DNA of 64,000 nt from Geosiphon pyriformis uo1 (Eukaryota > Fungi > Glomeromycota). Each line of letters begins with the position of its first letter. Within the stretch, counting starts at the first letter, position 1. The DNA lies in contig JAAOMT010000261.1 of assembly GCA_016748015.1 (NCBI GenBank), positions 384,733 to 448,732 on the forward strand. Direction: 5' to 3'. A model generated the notes under the pieces. That model had not been told where the DNA came from, did not search any database, and saw only the letters and a list, made by a program, of their open reading frames with translations. The position numbers and the translations under genes are program-made. Of this stretch, positions 37,401-50,757 are shown piece after piece.

Positions 37401-39175
37401 CAAGCTGTCTCAATTAAAGCAATAGGATGGGTATTTGTTAGAACACCCTACCACTTATACAGTTTAGGAATTATTGAGACCCAAGCCTCCTTTCAAGAAT
37501 TGGGCACCAATTCACTAGACAAACAGAAATTCAAAAGCACCAAAAGCATATCCAAGACTGTTTTATCACAATGCTTTCAAAGCTCATTTGACACACCTAA
37601 AAGACCAGCAGCTTTGCCATCAGGCAGATCAAAAACCACATTAACCAACTCATCAACTTTAATTGAACACATGATACCAAAAAAAGCCTTATCAAAAACA
37701 TACTCCAATAGTTGATATTGATGGTGCCAGTTATCAGAGATATCATCTATTACTCCATATTTTCTAGTCTAACTCTTCATGATCACATCCACCTTAGACT
37801 TAACCAAATCAGATTCCAGAATCAGTTCATTATTAATTACCAAATGATTAAATGCCACTTTGCGAAAAGAATATTCCAGCACACTTCTGATTGTATAACT
37901 TTTATTAACCTTGAAGCTCTTTATTCTCCTATTAATAGCTGACCTGATGTTAGCCTCCTTAGCCCTCAAAGATTCAGCAAGCTTGGCAATGTGATAAAAC
38001 CTTCTAGCACCAAAAAAAGCAGAACAAATATGATCAGAGCCAGCACTAAAGTCTACAATATCTTAAATAATTAAGGCCTTAACATTGTCCAAAAAAATTC
38101 AGTGTCTTATGAGAGAATCAAAATTTACAATACTCTCCTTATGTAAAACCCTGACAATCTTAGAAACCAAAAGCTCTAACTTGTGAAATCTCAAAGATTC
38201 TTTGGTAAAAACATCATCAAAGCCCTTAAACTATTTCTTCTTAAACATCTTATTAGTCAAGAAAACCATTATTTTGCAAATGGTATTCCATATTGCATCC
38301 AAATTTAAGAACTTCATAGAGGCAGCAAACTTATTTGAGAAAATTGCTGCATTGGCTGACATGACACCCTTAAAATTGTTCTATTTAGTTTCATTAGTAC
38401 TCTTAAAATCGAACTTCCATCAATCCCTATTTGCTTGCTTATGAAAAAAATTCAACCATGTGTCCAACAGTTCACCCAAACTCACAGACATAAAAACAGC
38501 CTGATGATCAGTATCAAAAAATTCCCCAACATCAGACACCTCATAATCCACCACAGTATTAACCAAGTTTGAAAAAACAAACAAAAAATTGATAGTTTTA
38601 GCCACCCCCCTAGAGTTAGTCCACATGGGCATTTTGACATAAAAACTTTTATCCAAGGAATTGACCAAACCAAGATCTAGACACTTTTTGAAACTAGCAC
38701 ACTTTCAGAAACCATCTTTATTGAAATCACCACCCAAAACAACAAATAAAGACTTATTGACAACCTTTGCAATTATGAAGTTAATATTATTAGTCTGAGA
38801 GAAATAAAAAGCCAGAGATGTTTCAGCATAAAGCCCCAAAATCAAAACCAAAAGTTTATTCTTGAATAACAACTTGACTGAAAAGAGCTGACCAGACATC
38901 TCAGAAATCTTACAAACATGACAAGCCAAAAAAGTGGTCATAATAATTGCCATTCCAGCACCAAGAAATCTCTTATCCAACCCAGATGAAAAAACCCTAA
39001 CTCCATCAAACTTATTCCTAATCTATGGTCTATTGCTAGACCTCAGCTTTGTTTCCATAATTATCAAGACCAAATTTCTAGAATCATTATATCAACAGAT
39101 AATGTCCTTCTGTTTGGCAGAGACATTGATACTGCAAACATTACATGTCATAAATTTCCACACAAAGTTACTCAT
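34495..39175 (-). pseudogene. L3 ORF2 (APE-RT-RNase H-CCHC)
   Basis: GGDFN, FDTDHQ, QDMQKAYD, GTFVDDTI, YTDRSL..AELQ..LDSQ. Confidence 0.92.
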
Positions 39176-41137
39176 TGAGAAGTAAGAAAGATTAACAAAT
39201 TCAAACCAGAGCACAAACAATCTAACCTTTTCAAAACAGATCCAACCAACACCTCCAAAGCCACTATCTTAGATTCTAATCCACCCACTTTGGTAGTCAA
39301 AACCTTAGAACTGCTTGAACTAAGGTCAACAACTAGGTTTACAACAACTGAAAGAGGAGAAGAAGGAGATGTCATCATATTATCCAGAGCCATATCTGAG
39401 TCCAAATTAAATGTAACAGATGCAAGAACAACCAGAGGAGAGACATAAGACACAAATGTCAGAAGCACCAATTCCATAAAACTCAATTTTTTTATAATAA
39501 CTGAAATCTGATCCACCAAAAGCTCCAAAAAGCATTCTAGAAAAGCCAATCAATCAACCAAATAGAAATCACTAAGGGAATTAGAAACCATTGAGACAGT
39601 TTTTGCACCTGAAGATGAACCAGTACCAAAAAGATCCAACAAAACCACATGAAAGGAAGAACTACCAGCAATTTGGGCCCAAGTTTTCCCACTGAAAGAA
39701 ACTGGGCAAATAATTGGCACCTGTTTCTTCTTATATATATTAGCCAAACAAACCCAATTCTAAGAAGTTACCACCTGCTTATCATAAGCACCAAAATTTC
39801 CATCCAATGAACACTCTGCAGAAATATGACCAAACTGTTTGTATTGAGCACAATGGACCAAAGAAAGACCAGTCCAGTGCAAATTCACACTCTTAAACAC
39901 CAAAGTAGAACCAATAGCAGACAATTTAGATGTCTTATCAACAAAACACACTACTGCACATCTATCATGCACATATGAGCTGGGATTATAACCAATAAAG
40001 CAAGTTTTTCCACCATATGATTTCATCAAACCAGAAAGATTATGCACCATAGTTTTAACTGGAAGAGTATAAAGCAAAGCCTAATGTTGATTCCTGGATA
40101 CTCACATTTGTTTATTACCAACAGCTTTTGCCACACAAACAAAATCTTTTCTCATGAAAACAGACCATTTAGCTACGACCAAATCAGCTATCTCAGATGA
40201 CTTATACTTTACCAAAGCTTTTTGCCACAAACCAATTAATTGTATCTTGATTAAAACAATCTTCCCAAACTTAGAAAAAACAGATTTTACAGCTGATTTG
40301 GGAAGATCAACTGGGATTTTCTTAACAATCACCTCCCGATTTGAATGGCTATTTACTTTTCTTAAATCATCATTAACAATAATTTTTTTACAGATTGCCA
40401 ATTTCTTTGCCTTATTCATACTAAATTCAGAAGTAAATGAAGCTCTGATGATCTCTGAAAATTTTGAGGGAGTTGATGCCCTCTCTCCCCCAAAATTATC
40501 AATTTGATAAAAGATTTTTTTTATTGCCATTAACTTATCACTATTAGTCTTTCCAGGTATAGCTGACAATTCTACATTAAGTGCAAAAGATTTGACTGGC
40601 CCAAAATTGCATTTATTCAAGACACATGATTCAACAGCTGGCAAATGCTTAGCACCAAAAAATTTAGAAGCCAGAAGTGTCAAAATATTATTATTGTCAT
40701 TGCTTAAATTGTTGAAAAAAAATCTTGTTTGGCTTGCTACCTAAAACATATGTCCTAGTACATATCTTCTTGAGAGTAGTGTCATCTATTACATTATCAA
40801 CTTCTGAAGCATTTAAATCAGCATAACTTGTTTCTTCCACAATCATATTCTTCATGTTTTTCAGATCTGAAATGTTACTAATACTGCTTGTTTCACTGTT
40901 TGCTTTACTGTCCCACAACCTTACAGGCTTGTTACCATTAGTAAGCATATTTGTAAAAACCAAAGAGCCAGCAGAGATCTCGACAATACTGTTAGCAACA
41001 GCAGGCTTCTTGGGTTTTTTATAAAAAGCACTTCATAAATGAGCACTCACCAGATGCTTGGTTTTGACACCCAACTGGGTTTCCAACTTAGCCAAAATAA
41101 ACACCAACCCACCAACAGAATAACCTATTGGATTCAT
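39172..41137 (-). pseudogene. L3 ORF1
   Basis: CAQYKQFGHISAEC knuckle; homologous to the other ORF1 copies. Confidence 0.88.
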
Positions 41138-41262
41138 ATTTACAAATAAAAATACATTGAAAAAAATAACTGCAAAACTTATAGAAGTAAGGAAAGAAGG
41201 AAAATTTACTTCTTTGAAAAAATCAAGCTTTCATTGTGACTAGGAGATCAACAAGAGAAAGA

Positions 41263-41451
41263 TATAATTATTAATATTAATTAATAAAAACTCTGTTTTA
41301 TTAGTTAAAACTATTAAAAATCAGAATATTTAAAAACAAAAAATAGATTTAGAACTTTGTTATTTATTTTATATTACTGTTTATAAATTTGAAATTTTTT
41401 TAAAAAAATTTTGTATTATTAATTAATTAATTATTTATTTTTTTATTAAAG
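41263..41451. other. A/T spacer
   Basis: Base composition. Confidence 0.75.
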
Positions 41452-43712
41452 TTTAATGAGCAAGGCCCAAAAGCTACCTAGAACAATACATTAAAAAATT
41501 AATCTAAATTAAGTGCTAATCATGCATTTTCTACATGTAACTAGCCACTTAAACTAGTCAAAAACACACTATGCTGAAACAATAGGAGGTAAGAATAATC
41601 CCAACCCACGAATTTTTTTAATAACACCATTCAAATTCCTAGAATCAAAAATAAACTCACTAAAAAATAACCTAATAGATTCAACACTACCTCTAACCTC
41701 AGCACTCGACATCTGTCACAAAACTATAACACACTCAACAGTGTCCTCACTCAAGAGAGAAGGTTTGGCAGCCTGTATATCATCATAATCCATGCCATTA
41801 AAGTCAACTTCAGATCTAAAACAAGCAATGTCTTTAGACACACCAACCAAAAAATTGGCAAAATTGTTAGAAGCATATTTCATAGAAAAGAGATCTTTCT
41901 TTAATTGAATAGTCTTAACAGCATTATCATCAAGAAGATGAGATACCAAGGCAACCAAAGAGCCAACAGGCTCAACAATAGACTTTACCAAAGTGGCCAA
42001 ATCTGAAATTTGCTTTTCCAAAGAATCCAATCTGGACCCAACAGCAGAATCAACAACAGCTACAAAAGAGACGGAAGCCACCAAAGGAGGAAATTCAGAC
42101 ATAACAGGGGGAGCAAATGCCTTAGCATAAGACAAAAAACCAACAAAATATGGTTTGAATACTTTGGAAGCCTTAGGAAAAGGAGATGAAACAACTTTAC
42201 AGTCTACAGCCAAGTAACCTGTTTTTTAATACCGAAAACAACACCAACAATTAGAAGTCTCCCACTAGATATGGCACTTTCTAAGCATACCAGTTTTGGC
42301 AACAGCAAGATCCAAATCAGCTTGGGAGCCAAATGTAACTAGAACAAAGCAGAGGCAATAACCAGAATTAGGAGACCGAGAAATGAAACAAGACTGGCCA
42401 CCAACTTGAAAAATCATATCACTGATTTCAAAGGCAGTACAGCCAGGAGGAAGGTTGACCAACTTGGCCTTAAACTTATCACAAGACAAAATAGTCTTAT
42501 TTTGATTTACCAAGGAAAGGATTCTAACACTATCTCTGCCCACCAATACTAACCAATAATTCAAAACAAACATGACAGAGTTCAACTTCTTAAAATAAAC
42601 CACCACATATTGCCAAATGTTAGCAGACTTCAGCACAACATAAGTAATCATACCAAAAACACTAAGAGCTGTCTTAATGTCAGCAGCAGACACACTCAAA
42701 GGCACATCACACAGCAGAAGGGGATCCAGACTCAGAAACCACCAAAGACTTGGCAATTTTAAAAGTGGCAAGATGAACAGAGCTTATAAGCTCAACTAAA
42801 AACGCAGCATTTAATAAGATTTGAGAAGCAAATTCCACACAAAAAAGCTTCACATTGTTTTTTGAAACAGACTTAGCATCCAAAAAACCATGTACAGACT
42901 GAAAAATAGTCTTAACATGAGCCAATTTGATTTTAAAAGTAGCACTAGGCACCAGAATGGAGGCCACCCATCCAGCAAACCTTTGATGACTAGTAATAGT
43001 TTCCCAAACACTACCAAAAGTAGCACCAGAAACTAGAGAAGAAGATGATTCAGTTTCCATTTGATCAGCCCAGTTTTTAAGAACAGATGACCCAACAGGA
43101 GGAGATTGTTTTGCTTCCAGAATCAGCGATAATTTACCGGAAGACACCACATTTGGCAACACAGCCAGTGGTTGATCTTGGCCCATCTTAAACAATATGC
43201 TGGATAATGCTACAGAGATTTCATCTAAGATCTTATTGGGAACCACAAAGGAGTTCGGTGTAACAATAGCAGAAGCAAGCAACTGCCCCCACTTTTCTGA
43301 ACTTTTGGTTTTTTTGACCATTTTTTTTAAAGAGATGGTGCTAGCAGCACTAGATATAGAAGCTATGGAAGGGAAAACCAGCTTGTTAACTGGTTTATTA
43401 TTAAACACTTTTGGGCTCTTAGTAGAAGTAGAGGCAATACTGGGCCTAACTCAAGTGTGTTTCTTTGAGGGAACTTTGATTGGTGAGAAACCAGCCAAAA
43501 ATGAGGAAGTTGCTTTAGTGGCCACCAAAGGCAACTTATCATGATTACTAGATAAAAGGAAGACTTTTAAAACGTTTTGCCTAGTTGTTTCTACAACAGA
43601 GAGAGCTCCTCTGGTTGAAATTTTATTAGATATCTCAGAACAGATATCAGGTACAGCTTTTTTACTCTTTGCTCTGATTATGGTCATAAAATTAAAGAAA
43701 CAAAGAGTCTTT
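41452..43712 (-). mobile_element. ORF1-only non-autonomous non-LTR element (HAL1-like) ending in the LINE 3' UTR
   Basis: A single ORF1-like reading is followed directly by the ~120-nt LINE 3' UTR; no ORF2 sequence. Confidence 0.82.
41569..43687 (-). pseudogene. Divergent ORF1/Gag-like protein (~700 aa reconstructed): low-complexity N-terminus, RRM-like blocks, CCHC, coiled coil, unique C-terminus
   Basis: Joins ORFs 43451-43687, 42707-43408, 42265-42771 and 41716-42213; DVPL..IKTALSVFG..WQYVVVYF..WLVLVGRDSV; CFRY*KTGYLAVDC; ends GLFLPPIVSA*. Confidence 0.82.
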
Positions 43713-44119
43713 ATTTATAATAAGTAATAAAATAAAATATATTATTATTTATTTTAAAATTAAAAAAAATTAGAAATAATTTATTATATTATTTTTGTAT
43801 TTAATAAAATTAATTTATTATAAATTAGATTAAATTTAACTTATTGTAAAAATTATATATAAAGTTAAAATAAAATTTTTTAAAAGCAAATTTAAAAAAT
43901 CTGTTAAATATATAATATTAAATTAAATTAAATTTATTAGTCTTTATACCAAAAAAAAATTTATTTTATATTTAATTATATATTAATAAGCTTATATAAT
44001 TTTAGTAAATTTTGTTTTTAATTATATTAATATTCTTAATATAATTTTAAATAATATAATTTTTAATATTTTGTTGCTTGCTTTAAAGTTAAAAATAAAT
44101 ATATTAAAAACATAAAAAA
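43713..44119. other. Near-pure A/T spacer between head-to-head elements
   Basis: Base composition. Confidence 0.8.
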
Positions 44120-44250
44120 CTTCTTTCTCTTCTTCGTCCCAAATTCCTGAAAAAGAGTCAAATTTTGAAAGAAGCTTTTTTCTGTTTTGCATACTGTCTT
44201 CCACTATTTTACAAGAAACAAACCCCTTTGTTGTTGAACCGGCTGCCACT

Positions 44251-46113
44251 ATGAGTGGGCCTGAAGCTAAAAGAAGGTCAGCTAGAGTCTCGACCACTGG
44301 TTCAATTGGTGGAGGTTCAACCCAAAAAGTCAGAAAGTCTCTCGGTACTATTAAATCTTCAAGTGCGGATAAGAATCTCAAGGATGGTGGGTCTGTTTGT
44401 GAGGATAAGCAATTTGCTAGCATGGATATGGATGGAGAAACCTCTGATGGTAAAAGCACTTCTGACTCCCAAATGAATATGCCCAATGCGAAGCGTTTCA
44501 ATGCTGGTGCAGCTATCGGTTCCCCTATCAGCTTTATTGATTATGACATGGATGATGAGGAGAAAGTTTCTCTTTCTCTCCGTTTGTCTTTCTCTTTGGA
44601 AAAAGTGTAGGTAGACCCCAAAATTGTTAAGTCTCAGGTGGAAGTCACTGTGAAGAAATCATTTGCATTGGACATCAATCTATCTGCTGTGGAGGGAAAA
44701 TCGGCTACGGCCAAGACTCAGGTTATCAGGAAATTGTTTTCAACAATCAATGGTTTTGGGGAGGCCACTACCCCCTCAAAATTTGAAAGAATCATCCGAT
44801 TAACGTTTACTTTATTGGAAAGCATAGAAAAGGCCATGTCATTGGCCAGGGAAAATAACCTTATTGTAAACAGCGATCTTAAGAGACAAGGAATATGCTC
44901 AGATCAGGCCGTAGTAATCAAGAAAATTCCCATGAACACACCAAAGGAAATGATCGTCGCTGCAGTATCCAAGTTTGGAGAAATTAAGTCGATCAAAATC
45001 CAGTTGATTGGTTTATGGCAAAAGGCTGTGGTGAAATTCGCCAAACTGGAACAGGCTGTGTCTTTGGCTGCTAGGTGGTCCTTCCTGATTGATAAAGACT
45101 CAGTTTGTGTGGCTATGGTGGTGGGCGATTGTGAAACTTGGGCATCTAGGGACCAGTTCAGGGCATTTTTGTTTACTTTGCCAGTAGGGACTACTGCTCA
45201 TGATCTTGGGGATCTTCTTGAAGGGGCTGGTGGAAAAACTTGTGTCATAAATTGGTCATTGAAGACTGGTAATAGGGTCCACTGTGCTGTTGTGTGTTTT
45301 GATTCTGATGAGGTTTTGGAGTCAGCTTTTCGCACGGAACCGATCCTTGGTGGTGTAAAACTTTTATGGGCTAGGCTGGATTTGGTTCGCTGTGAACAGT
45401 ATGGAAAGTTTGGTCATTCTGTCTTGGAATGTGATGCTAAGGTTGCATCAGCTTTCAAATTTTCAAAGTTTTTTATAAGGCCTACCAACTCTGATACTTA
45501 TCTCCAGCTGGCCAAATTGTATGCGAAGAAGAATGTGCCAATCTCTTGTTCTGTTGCCTTTGGTGGCAAATCTTGGGCCCAAGTGGTCTCAGTTGCTTCA
45601 GTCTCTCATGGTTTTTGTGCTGGTTCTGGTTCTGGTTCCCCGCCTTCCGGTGATTTGAGTTTGGGTGGGGTACTCCCCCCTCTACTTGTGGTCAATTCTC
45701 CTTTGAGTGCTTACTTAGTGCTTCTGGAACACTTTGTGGAGCTTCTGTCTAAACAAATTTCGAACATTCTTTCTCGTCTTGACAATATTAGTTTGGCACC
45801 CTTGGCGCCTTCCTCTCAATTGGCTCCTTCTATGGTAGTTTCTCAGTCCCCAATCTCTGTTCCTCTTGTGGTTGCAAATTCTGACTTGGATTTTGACATG
45901 GCGGTTGATGATCCTTTTGTCCAGCCTACTTCTTTTTCTCCAGGTGTTACCAGTTTACTATTGGGTCCGAGTAGTTCCAAAGTCCTGACTTCCAAAGTTG
46001 GTGGTTTGGAATCAAAGTTGGTTGCCCTCGACATCTCCGTTGGTTTGATTTTGGCTAAGTTAGATCAGTTATGTGCTGGCTCAGGTTTTTCAGTTATCTC
46101 TTCATCACAATGA
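44251..46113 (+). pseudogene. L4 ORF1 (one internal stop at 44608-44610)
   Basis: ORFs 44251-44610 and 44638-46113 are in frame; CEQYGKFGHSVLEC knuckle. Confidence 0.92.
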
Positions 46114-49100
46114 CCAGTTTTATTTGGAAAATTGCCATGTGTAATGTTAAGGGAATGAACAATCCTGCAAAGCAGGAGGACATTTTTTGTTAGCATAAGG
46201 AATCTGGTAGTTCGATCTCGATTGTTACGGAAACCAAGTTGTGTTTCAGTTCACAACCATGGATCATAAAAAGGTTTGAGGGTGTTCGGGTTTTTACATC
46301 TGGTCTGGATGTTGGGTTTCATGGGACTGGTGTGGCTATTTTTGTGAATGATTCTCTGGCTCGTCATGTTTCCAAAGTCGAGGAAGTAAAGGGCAGAGTT
46401 CTTTTGATTCACCTTTTGTTCAAGAACAAGCTTTTTGTGTCTGTCATTGGGCTTTATGCCTGTGCATCTGGTGGTGACCATTTTGCTTAGGCTTCTGTTA
46501 TTAATTCATTTATTGCTGATACTGTCAACAAGAGTTCTTTTGTTGTTTTGGGTGGGGACTTCAATAAAGACAATTCAGTCAAGGGGGCGAGTCTTAGAAA
46601 ATGTTTAGGTTTGGGTTTAGTTAATGTTTTTGGTGGTCACTCTCTAGCTAGGATTCCTATTTGGAGCAATTCAAGAGGCATTAGCAAGGTTTTGGATTAC
46701 ATTCTAGTTAGTGATTCTTTGATTTCAGCAGTTGTGAATTATGATGTTAGTTCTGTCTCAGAATTTTTTGACATGAATCACTTGGCTGTGTTGATGTTTA
46801 TTGGGTTGGGTGGTTTTCTGGATGCTCATTTAAACAGCATCCGCAAGCATGCTAATAAGGATCACTGGAAGTTTAAGATTAAGGATGCTGATAAAAAAAA
46901 GTGGGCGTATTTTAAGGACTTTTCTGAGTGTGTGCTTTTGGGTTCTTTGGATAGGTTTAAGATGGCTGAGGATGATGGCAACTTAGATGGAATGTGGGAG
47001 ATGCTAGCTGATGCCATGACTGCTTCTGCTGAAAAAAATTTTTCAAGACATTGGTATAGTGAATTTGATTGTGCTAAGAATAGACTCTCTTCTAAATTTT
47101 CCAGGTTGGAGCTTTTGGTTGTTAAGTTATTAAAAGTGCTGAGACAGAATGATACTTTGGGCTTTGATTATCTGGCTGACACTTGGTTTAAGGTTGACTC
47201 TTCTGAAGCTTCCAAAGTTTTTGGTATGGTCAGAAATGATATGGGTTCTGCTGGCTTGATAAGTCATTTTTCAAAGATTAGAAAGCAATATAGAAAGTCC
47301 AAATATTGTGAATCTAAGGTGGCCAAAAGATTTGCTATCAGAAATGCAATTGATAAGCATATGAAAAAGTTCAAAACAGACAAAGATGGAATGATTCGGA
47401 GCATCTTGGAGCGGCCCTTTCACAAAGTCGTTCTGGACCATTTGGTTGTTGGTGATTCTCTTATTTTGGAACCTGATGAAGTGAAGCTCAAAGTTGATGA
47501 CATCATGGTTAATTGGACCAGGAAGCGGAATGCTCTTCCTGTTTTGTCTGGTCCCTAGGCACAACAATATGCCCCTTTGGCTTATGTTGATGATAGCGCC
47601 TTCAGTCTGGTTATGTGTGATATTACCATGTGTGAGATGTCTTCGGTTATAAGTGATCTTCCTGATGGCAAAGCTGCTGATTTGTCTGGTATTACCAATG
47701 AACTTTGAAAACACACTGGCTGTTTGGTTTTGAAGTGTTTATTGTCTTTGCTGAACTTTTGTTTGTGTTTTGGTAAAGTTCCGGTTCATTGGAAAGAGGC
47801 CTGGGTGTCCATGATTCCTAAGCCTTATGATTGGAATGGCGTTTTGTCGAATACACGACCTATTGCATTGATTGAGACAGCCAGGAAGATTCTGTCAAAA
47901 GTTCTCTCAAACAGGATCTCTCTTGCTTGTAGTAGGTTTGATGTCCTCTGTGGTAACAACTTTTCTGTTCTCAAAGGCACTTCTACTCAGTCACCAATTT
48001 CAGTTGTGGGTTCAATTGTGGAGGATGCTTTGGAAAAAAGCTGCGAACTTTGGCTAGTTTTTTAAGACATGCGCAAAGCATATGACTCTGTTGGTTGGCC
48101 TCATTTAGAAGCTAGTTTATGCCATATCAAAATGTGTAGCAAGTTTATCAAGTTTTTTGGCAACATTCACAACAGTCGCTTCAACAGAGTCATGATGGAT
48201 TTTGGTCTTTCTGATGGATACAAAGTTCTTGATGGTTTGAATTAGGGTGAAATTTTCTCACCTCTTCTATGGAGAATTTTTTATGACCCTTTGTTATGTG
48301 AAGTTGCGAGACAAGATTATTTGTGTGGTTATCGGATCAATTCAAACTTTGTGTCGAAGACTGGAAGAATTGAGACTAGTGAGGGTATGACCTCTTTTTT
48401 TGTGGCTGGTGCCTTTGTCGATGACACTATTTGGGTAGAAAATGGGCAAGCCTCTATGCAGCACATTCTTAATGTGGCCAGCAAGTTTTTCCTCATTAAT
48501 AACATTGACATAAACAATAAGAAGACGGTTGCCATTCCTATCAACAAAAGAGTGGGGGTTCCTGTTTTATTCATTAATGGCCAGGCTATCGCTGTTGCCA
48601 ATCTTGGTGTGAGTCATCGATATTTGGGTATTTTTTTGTCCACCGATGGTTTGTCTAAGCCAAGTCTTGCCAAAGCCAATTTAGATATTAAGTTCTTCTC
48701 AAATATGGTTCTCTGGAAGACTGTTTCTGATAAACAATTCTCTTATCTGGTTTCAGCTGTTTTGCAGTCCATAATCAGTTATTGGACGCAGTTTAGTTTT
48801 GTTTTCAAAGCTGTTTGTCTAAAATGAGACGTTCTAATTAGAAGGGGTCTTAAGTCGAAAGCCAATTTGCCAAGAGACTTTTCCAATGAGGCATTGCACC
48901 ATCCCTCTCTTTATGGGCTGAAATTTTTTAAACAGTTGCAAGCTGAATGCAAGACAGCTTCCGTTGTACAGTTTGCAAATTCTTTTAGAATTCTTGGCTG
49001 ACTGTTCGAATATCGAATTTTGGATTTGCAGGTTTTGTGCTGGGCTCTATTGAATCCTCTGCAATATTCTATTAAGCTAAGAGTGAACACTTCAAACAAT

Positions 49101-50757
49101 TTTCTAGTGGGTGTGGTTCGTATATTTCTTGACAACAAGCTGTCTTTGGATAACAGGCTTTCCTGTGCCTTTTGCTCTTCTGGCCGTTTCCCAATGTCAT
49201 TAGTATTGGGTAATCCTTTGTATTTCAATGTGGTTCACTCCTTGAAAATTGCTGATGTGGCATATGATGACTAACTTCTGGACAAAAATGGTTCTATTGT
49301 TAGTTGGCGTACGTTTTGCTAATGGAAAAGACTTGGTTCTAGAGGCCCTGTGCCTTTATGGTTTTTGAAGGCTTCTGCTTACTTGAGTAATTGTTTACAT
49401 GCTCCCCCTCCTGCGAGTTTAGCTTCTGTCTGTACTAGTGTTTTGGATTCGACGTCTTTTGCTGACATTCGTGAGAAAATTCATGGATTGTGAGCTGATG
49501 AGATTGATGTTTATACTGACAGTTTTCTTAGAAATTTGGGTACGTTTCAGGTGGTGTGTAGTGCTGCCGTTTATTTTCTTGGCTTGAACAAAAGTTTAGG
49601 AGTGGAGGTACATGGTGTGTTGTCTTCAATCCTGGCTGAATTACTGGCTGTTGCCTTGGCTCTGGAGTGCATTCCCGCCTCTGTTTCAGTGGCTTTGCAC
49701 ACGGATAGTCAAGTGGCTATTGATGCATGTGTGGCTGAATTGGGTCTGTTACAGCCAGATTGTTGCAATAGTTGCTGGATAGAAAGGTGCCATATGGTTA
49801 ATTTAATTGAATCCAAAGATCTGACTGTCTGCTGGATCAAGGTTAAAGATCATGCTAGCATCGCTGGTAATGTTTTGGCTGACGTTCTTACTGAACAGAC
49901 TGCACACTCTGGGGTCTCTCTCCCTGCCAGGATTAATTGTAAATATGTGGTTGCTGATGACAGGCCAGTTTCCAGTAATGCCCACTATTTTGTACATGAC
50001 ATTTTTTGTTCTATTTGCAAGTTTCAGTGGAAGGTGGGTCCTGGCCAAGGGGTTGTGTCTTGTTTGTTTGGTCTGGTTGTCGATTGGAATAGTACTGCTC
50101 TAGTTTAGCACTTTGATTCTCATATGCTCTTTGGGAGTACGTGTCAAGCCACTGCTGCTCTTTGTACATACTTCATGAAAGCTGTTCATTTCAAGTTGTC
50201 TGTTGCTGTTCGAAAAAGGTTGTATAATAAGGATTACCCTGGTGTGTCTTGTCTGTTTTGTGGTAATGTGGAACTCCCCAATCATGGTTTTACTTGTGTT
50301 AAGGATGCTTCTGTGCGGTCTGATATTTTGGGTGATTTTGGTGGTTTGTGGAGGACTTTGAATGGTCCTAATCTACTGTCACCGTCTTTTGTACTACAAG
50401 ATCTCTCTCTGGGGGTGTCTGATGTTGGGTTGTATTCGGTTTTTTGCAAGGGATTTGTTCTCAAGAGTTGGATGGATGAGGCTACTGCTTTTCTCGATAA
50501 CAAAAAGAAAGCGGCCATTGTGGTGGTAGATTTTGTCCGTTGTTTGGCTAAGAGTTATAGGACAAATCTCTGGTTCTTTAGAACTAAATTCAGGTTTGAC
50601 ATGGAAAGAAGTGGTTTGATTGGTGATAATGTTGTTGTGGCTGGTACTCTTGGTGTGGGTGCTCTGTCTCTCTCAGCTGGCATGGTTTGTCTTATTGGTA
50701 TGCTAGATTCTCTTGGTGTCAGTTTCGGTTTTAGGGGTAGGTTCTTGTTTTTGTCTG
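46110..50757 (+). pseudogene. L4 ORF2 (APE-RT-RNase H-CCHC)
   Basis: MTSFIWKIAMCNVKG, GGDFN, LDYI, RPIAL, DMRKAYD, AFVDD (48411-48425), YTDS..AELLAV..TDSQ..GNVLAD, CLFC..NHGFTC. Confidence 0.95.

Larger units (their letters stand above)
34355..41262 (-). mobile_element. LINE copy L3, full length, (TAA)n-like tail
   Basis: All domains in order; the tail at 34361-34380 reads (AAT)n on the minus strand. Confidence 0.93.
44120..50757 (+). mobile_element. LINE copy L4, best preserved; last ~10 codons and 3' UTR missing
   Basis: ORF1 and ORF2 each stay in one frame; retains the most CpG. Confidence 0.95.
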
